IMG/VR virus record: IMGVR_UViG_3300044641_004197
Coordinates: 8,265-72,264 of that record
DNA: 64,000 nt
Source: a virus
Direction: 5' to 3' (one strand)
Made by a program: the position numbers and the translations under genes
Shown here: piece after piece, positions 58,988-64,000 of the stretch
Numbering within the stretch: position 1 is the first letter of the stretch
Layout of the letters: every line of letters begins with the position of its first letter
The notes under the pieces: generated by a model
What the model was told of the DNA's origin: nothing
The model's input: the letters and a program-made list of their open reading frames with translations, nothing else
Databases searched by the model: none

Positions 58988-61513
58988 TTATTTGAAAGCT
59001 CCTTGTTTTGTTCCGATTGTATATGCACTTGCAGGTTCATTAAAAGAAAGTGCCGATGCAATTCCAGTGCCAACAACTTTGCCGTCCATAGAAATACTAA
59101 TCTTGACTTGTCTCATTCCTTCCACAACCGCACTTTTGATGGTTTCAGCCATAGCAGTATTAGCAGATTCTTTACTCTTAACTTCCCCACCTTCTATTCC
59201 AGCGGAAATATTTGTTTTTAAATTTCCCAATGCTTCTAATACTTTAACATCTTTAGATTTAAATTCTCCTAAACTTTCACGAATTTCCTTTAATTTTTTA
59301 ACATCTACAGATTGAACAGATTGAACAAACCTTGAAAATGAATCCGCAAGTAACGTCATACTTGTAGCGAGCGGAGGAACAATTTTATTTAATGCGTATA
59401 ATTGAACTAAAAATCCCGCTTGTCCAGCCGCCCCAAATATACTTCCGATACCAAAACCACCTAAAGCTGTGCCTACTCTATGAATTGCATAAACAAATTC
59501 TCCAACCTTACTAAAATCTAATGCGGTTGCTTGTGAAAAAGATTCAACTAATATTTTTAATGCTTCGGCAGCAAGTTTAGCGGAATATGCAAATCCGATG
59601 AAAACAAGTGCTAGACCGCCTAGTATTGCCAATCCCAAACCAAGTTCAGGTGCAGCTGCTCCCAATGCGCCAAGTGGCACCGAAATTGCTGCTATTGCAC
59701 CGGCAATTGCAGTAGATACGGCGGTAATTGATGCACTTATTGCAGTTCCTATTGCGGTTATTATTGATGATATTGATACTGATGCAGTTGTTCCCAATGC
59801 AGTAAATGCGCCTGTCAATTTTGCAATAACAAAAATAACCGCACCAATTCCAACTACCCAGTTTCGAATAGATGGTGGAATCTTGTGTATGTATTCAAAA
59901 ATAGTTCTCATTCCAGTTATGACCGGCATTAATATTTCACCCAACGCAGAAAGCATTTGGTTTATCTCTGCCTGCAATTGTTTTTGAATTGCAAGATTAC
60001 TAATTTCTTTTAATCTGGCCGCAGCTCTGTCAGCTTCTGTTTTCATTCCATCTTCAGAAATGCGGTTCATTTCTTCATATTCTGCTACCATTTTTCTTTG
60101 TTCTTCGGTTCCGTTATATCTTAAAAGATTCAAATCTTTCTGTATTTGTATAGATTCTTGTAAGCTTGCAACTGATAATCCAGATGCCTCTGCAATCGAT
60201 TTTAATGTGAAGTAATCTACTTTATGTAAATCCACTGTTTTCTTTAATGTTTCCAATACACTTTTTGTAGCACCCAACATATCACCTCTATATGATAACA
60301 CTCTAGCATCATTGAAGGATATGTTTTTACCCAACATTACACTTGCTTCTATTTCAGCATTAATTGATTCTTGAAAGTTTAAAAGTTTTTCCGCAGATGA
60401 AGCAACATCGTTTATAGTCAATCCCAATCTTCTTGCTTCAACTGTTTGTTTTACTAATTGAGAAGAAGATCCTCTAAATATAAGTCTTACACTCTCAGAT
60501 AAACTTGCAAGATCTTTCATTACATCAGACAAAGGAACTTTTGCTGCATTAGATAAAGACTTTGCAAATAACATTGCGGATTTTTGAGAAGATAGACTAC
60601 TTTGTGTGATTCCCGCAAATGATTTTGAAATTTTACCGGATTCTTCGCCAGATATACCTAAACTGGTGCTCATCAACGTAAATTCCTCCATCATATCTTT
60701 TGTTAAAAGATTAGATGACCCCAATGCTTTTGCGAAACCAATTTGTGTTTTGTAAACATCTTCCGCAGTTACACCAAGACTTGCATATTTAGAAAGAATA
60801 TCAGCCGTTGACTTTTGGAAAAATGATCCCTCAGATCCTAATAGACCCATTTCTTTTCTGAATGATTCTGCAGCGGTTTCAATCGCCGTCATTTGTTTTG
60901 CGACCCCTAACATTATATCCAAGAGATTAAATGATTTGAACTCTATTCCGGTCAATTCTTTTCCAATTGCCTGCCACTGACGTTTTGTATTTTCAACCGC
61001 TTCTTTTTGTTTTCGTAGATGTTCTTCCAATTCTCTAGATTCAATCAATCTTTTTTTAATCTCATCTGTAATTGCTTGGTTAACGATCAAATCCGATCCT
61101 GAAGTTACTAAAATATCCCCGGTAATACCCAAAGTATTTCGCAAAATTTCGGATTGAGCTCTATATTGTAAATACTGTTGATTTAAAGCATCTTGAATTT
61201 CTTTAGATGCACCTGTGCTAACGGCCGTTGCCGCAGCTCTGTGTAATGCTTCAGTTTGACTTGCTAAAGCCCCCAATGCGTTTAAATCAGAAACTCTTTT
61301 TGCAGCAATTTCTTGTAATTCTTGTAAAGCAACAGTTCTCGCCGTCTCTGTTTTAAGTTGTTTGGCTTTATCTACGATAGCATCGTATTGATTTATAAGA
61401 CCTGATTGAACACCCTTCAAAGCATCTGCTTCAATAACAATCTTTTTAAATGCTTTAGATATTTCTTCTACGGTTGTTAAACTTGACGGATCTATTGTAG
61501 GTGTTACTGCCAT
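58988..61513 (-). CDS. Tape measure protein
   Basis: Ala/Leu/Ser-rich helical protein with hydrophobic segments; C-terminal ISMDGKVVG; directly downstream of the chaperone. Confidence 0.8.
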   Translation of the reverse strand: MAVTPTIDPSSLTTVEEISKAFKKIVIEADALKGVQSGLINQYDAIVDKAKQLKTETARTVALQELQEIAAKRVSDLNALGALASQTEALHRAAATAVSTGASKEIQDALNQQYLQYRAQSEILRNTLGITGDILVTSGSDLIVNQAITDEIKKRLIESRELEEHLRKQKEAVENTKRQWQAIGKELTGIEFKSFNLLDIMLGVAKQMTAIETAAESFRKEMGLLGSEGSFFQKSTADILSKYASLGVTAEDVYKTQIGFAKALGSSNLLTKDMMEEFTLMSTSLGISGEESGKISKSFAGITQSSLSSQKSAMLFAKSLSNAAKVPLSDVMKDLASLSESVRLIFRGSSSQLVKQTVEARRLGLTINDVASSAEKLLNFQESINAEIEASVMLGKNISFNDARVLSYRGDMLGATKSVLETLKKTVDLHKVDYFTLKSIAEASGLSVASLQESIQIQKDLNLLRYNGTEEQRKMVAEYEEMNRISEDGMKTEADRAAARLKEISNLAIQKQLQAEINQMLSALGEILMPVITGMRTIFEYIHKIPPSIRNWVVGIGAVIFVIAKLTGAFTALGTTASVSISSIITAIGTAISASITAVSTAIAGAIAAISVPLGALGAAAPELGLGLAILGGLALVFIGFAYSAKLAAEALKILVESFSQATALDFSKVGEFVYAIHRVGTALGGFGIGSIFGAAGQAGFLVQLYALNKIVPPLATSMTLLADSFSRFVQSVQSVDVKKLKEIRESLGEFKSKDVKVLEALGNLKTNISAGIEGGEVKSKESANTAMAETIKSAVVEGMRQVKISISMDGKVVGTGIASALSFNEPASAYTIGTKQGAFK

Positions 61514-61541
61514 ATATTATACAATATAAATATATGGATAA

Positions 61542-61757
61542 TTATCTTTTTGACCTTATTTTAGATGATGGGCCAGATGATGATTTGTTTATCTGTTCTT
61601 GTTCTTTTTCTTTTGTTTTGAGCAAAAGATTTAAATAAAACATTCTTAAGTGAACGGGTAAATTATACACAATATCTTGCGTAAATGCACCCTCACTATA
61701 ATAAGCTAAGCTGAATATTTCTTCGTGGAGTTGGACTTTATACTGTGGAGTTAGGCC
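61542..61757 (-). CDS. Tail assembly chaperone C-terminal extension, probably reached by frameshift
   Basis: Open frame GLTPQYKVQLHEEIF...YNLPVHLRMFYL begins at a T7 run in the upstream gene and lies immediately before the tape measure gene. Confidence 0.65.
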   Translation of the reverse strand, partial: GLTPQYKVQLHEEIFSLAYYSEGAFTQDIVYNLPVHLRMFYLNLLLKTKEKEQEQINKSSSGPSSKIRSKR

Positions 61758-62583
61758 AAAAAAAGGATACCGTAATCGGTATACCCATCCTTTCTTCAGC
61801 ACCACAGTGTTCACAAACAAAATTGAAACTAGAATCAACTTCGGGAGATATTTCCTTAATATAAGTGCGAAGTGACAGGCTGTCTCTAGATGTCAATTCG
61901 TTTTCTACAAATTTTCTAATTTCGGCCTTGTCTTCGTTTCCGTCAACAGAAGTGATAATATATTTAAGTCTTGTGGTAAGTTCAACAGATCCGTTATTTT
62001 TATACAATTTAGCCGATGTTTTTAACTCACCATCAATCAATTTGTCATCATTGTGAGTTAATAACTTGAAAGTAATTGTTTTTTTACTGTATGGTAAGGT
62101 ATATTCGAATTTGTTTTCTCCATTTGGAAACTTTGATAAATCCAAATCTTTAATCTTGATTTCTGCAAGATTTATAGTAGGTTGGTTAGTTTCACCACAC
62201 TTTTGGCATTTAACTTCTACAGGTCCATAACTATCACCGTATGCCAATCTTCTGGCAGCAATATACAAAGCATTTTTATCACACAATAGAATATCGTCAA
62301 TCTTAATTGATTTATCTACAATTAGATTCTCAATCAATTTATCCAAAACAATACCTTTTTTGATAAGGTTTTGGTTCATCAAAATATCTTCTTCTTTAGC
62401 GGTCATTAACTTCATTTCTATATTACCGGAACTTAATGGATGTCCGGTTGGATAGAAATGACCGCCGCTTGGAAGGTCAATAATTTCAGTTGGATATGTA
62501 GTTGACTCCTTCTTTGATTGTGGAGGAGGTGTATTTGACTGATTAGATTGTCTTGAGATAGGAACTATGAAATTGTCATCCAT
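61738..62583 (-). CDS. Baseplate hub assembly / tail assembly chaperone (T4 gp26/gp51-like)
   Basis: LPSGG.FY, MTAKEEDIL, CQKC and CEHC zinc motifs, ends FFWP. Confidence 0.8.
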   Translation of the reverse strand: MDDNFIVPISRQSNQSNTPPPQSKKESTTYPTEIIDLPSGGHFYPTGHPLSSGNIEMKLMTAKEEDILMNQNLIKKGIVLDKLIENLIVDKSIKIDDILLCDKNALYIAARRLAYGDSYGPVEVKCQKCGETNQPTINLAEIKIKDLDLSKFPNGENKFEYTLPYSKKTITFKLLTHNDDKLIDGELKTSAKLYKNNGSVELTTRLKYIITSVDGNEDKAEIRKFVENELTSRDSLSLRTYIKEISPEVDSSFNFVCEHCGAEERMGIPITVSFFWPNSTV

Positions 62584-62650
62584 AACATTAAAAATAACTG
62601 ATTATTATAACAATATATATTACCGCTATAAAATTTTTAGTTATTTTATT

Positions 62651-62944
62651 TTAGAAATAGGTCGTTTTTGCGGCCTTCAAATTACCATCCGCCTCTTTTT
62701 TCTTTTTCTCTGCATCTTGCACTTTTAGTTCTGCATTTTTCTTTTCTTCCGGTTTTTTAGACGCATCGGCGATTGATTTTTGTTTCTTTGTATCCGTAAG
62801 TTCTTTATCAGCGAGTGTTTTTTGTTTTGTTCTAAGTTTTAACAAAGCTTGTTGAACCTTAGTAGCTTCGGCGTCTGCACCATCTTTTTCTTGAAGCATT
62901 TTTAAGATTCTTCTGACAAACAATCGTGTTGGTTCTTTTTCCAT
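62651..62944 (-). CDS. Lys/Ala/Glu-rich hypothetical protein
   Basis: 97 aa; TATTTATA 4 nt upstream. Confidence 0.65.
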   Translation of the reverse strand: MEKEPTRLFVRRILKMLQEKDGADAEATKVQQALLKLRTKQKTLADKELTDTKKQKSIADASKKPEEKKNAELKVQDAEKKKKEADGNLKAAKTTYF

Positions 62945-62967
62945 ATACTATAAATATAGTTAAAAAC

Positions 62968-62997
62968 AAAAAACCCCACCGTTTTATTGGTGGGGTT
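62968..62997 (-). terminator. Intrinsic terminator after the tail tube gene
   Basis: AACCCCACC..GGTGGGGTT hairpin plus T-run on the minus strand. Confidence 0.8.
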
Positions 62998-63016
62998 AAA
63001 TAAGGAATATATAATA

Positions 63017-63508
63017 TTAATATTGGAGAATACAATAGTCAACACTCAAAGTAACGCCAATTACAAGAGGTTCACCACTGTCTGTCCAATCACCTTCACC
63101 GAAATCAGCTTGGGTAATAAATGCACCCTTTAGTGTCCATTCTTCTACCTTGTCACCGACAGGTCCAAGAACGTTGATAGTCAAATCTTTCTTATAGAAA
63201 TCGCTATATCCATCACGTCCGGTTACAGATTCGTGACTTAAACGAACCCATTCCATTACTGCTTGAGCACCAGAAGGAACGATTGGATCATAAAGTTCCA
63301 TCGTAATATCGTCCCAAGTGGTTTTTCCCTTGTAGTAACGTTGAATATTGATGTGGTCAAGAGTTTTCTTTTCGCTTTTTACTGTTGGTCTCTTTACCTT
63401 TCTTACAAGAAAGCTTGGGATACCATCACAATATAAAATAAAACGATTCTTTGTTTTTGTCTCGAAATTCGTGAAGAATATTTCGTTGCTATTTAGTATA
63501 TCTGCCAT
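63017..63508 (-). CDS. gp19: Tail tube protein (T4 gp19-like)
   Basis: NRFIL, WDDITMELYDP, VMEW, YKKDL, EEWTLKGAF. Confidence 0.88.
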   Translation of the reverse strand: MADILNSNEIFFTNFETKTKNRFILYCDGIPSFLVRKVKRPTVKSEKKTLDHINIQRYYKGKTTWDDITMELYDPIVPSGAQAVMEWVRLSHESVTGRDGYSDFYKKDLTINVLGPVGDKVEEWTLKGAFITQADFGEGDWTDSGEPLVIGVTLSVDYCILQY

Positions 63509-63644
63509 ATTGTTGTCTCCTTATTTATATTAATAAAATCAATACAAGATTGTTTTCATATATAAATATTTTATAATTTAAAAATATTTGACATTTATGT
63601 AAAAATTAATAATAATTATACAGTGTTTAACACTAAGGATAATT

Positions 63645-64000
63645 ATGCCTAGAAAAAAAGATAACACCAGATGGCTTTCTATAGAATGTAAAGTTTGTAA
63701 AACTGTATTTGATTGTAGGGTGTCAAGGCCTAGGACTTATTGTAGTAAGAAGTGTTCAACTAATGATATAGATCTAAATACAATTAGAATCAACAAAACC
63801 AAACAGACTTGTATTGAGAAGTATGGTGGTCATCCTATGACCACAGAGAAAACCAAAGATGCATTAAAGAAATCTTTGTTAGAAAAATATGGAGTGGATC
63901 ATTATAGTAAGCATAATGATTATAATAAAAAAGTCAAATCGACCAAGTTATTGAAATATGGAAATGAAAAATATACAAATGTTGATAAGATAAAGTCTAC
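63645..64000 (+). CDS. Partial Zn-finger / EKYG-repeat protein, probably a homing endonuclease
   Basis: Manual translation MPRKK...CKVCK...YCSKKC...KQTCIEKYG...KKSLLEKYGVDH...KLLKYG; opposite strand to the tail genes; runs off the window. Confidence 0.6.
   Translation, partial: MPRKKDNTRWLSIECKVCKTVFDCRVSRPRTYCSKKCSTNDIDLNTIRINKTKQTCIEKYGGHPMTTEKTKDALKKSLLEKYGVDHYSKHNDYNKKVKSTKLLKYGNEKYTNVDKIKS

Noticed and set aside
61758-61838. Independent start of the 98 aa ORF 61542..61838
   Set aside because: The start lies inside the conserved Zn-finger region of the upstream gene; the frameshift model fits better
1-64000. Alternative genetic code (stop-codon reassignment seen in some jumbo phages)
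   Set aside because: Conserved genes are full length in the standard code, and TAA, TGA and TAG all occur as stops at sensible gene ends

Overview
AT-rich segment of a large T4-like (myovirus-type, probably jumbo) dsDNA phage genome read in the standard genetic code. The minus strand carries a dispersed T4-like replisome (clamp loader, sliding clamp, family B polymerase, DnaB-type helicase, 5'-3' exonuclease, RecA, gp32-like SSB), nucleotide metabolism genes (NrdAB, dNMP kinase), UvsE, a MoxR AAA/vWA pair, a Mom-like and a DruA/DUF4338-like candidate DNA-modifying enzyme, a reduced family A polymerase, and a tail module (tube, chaperone, tape measure, baseplate). A ~21 kb plus-strand island (10.5-31.3 kb) encodes a glycan-synthesis locus with many glycosyltransferases and methyltransferases, Fcl and dUTPase. 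Within it, a compact RfbH - RmlB - ThDP carboligase - DmpF - DmpG - reductase operon fits the chemistry of a C4-branched 3,6-dideoxy sugar (erwiniose type). Other notable signals are the thumb-less PolA with an altered steric gate, a probable +1/-2 tail-chaperone frameshift, a split GT4 gene, a TATTTATA late-promoter-like motif and apparently leaderless transcripts. All assignments come from motif recognition by eye; no database searches were run. No tRNA, rRNA or CRISPR array was seen.
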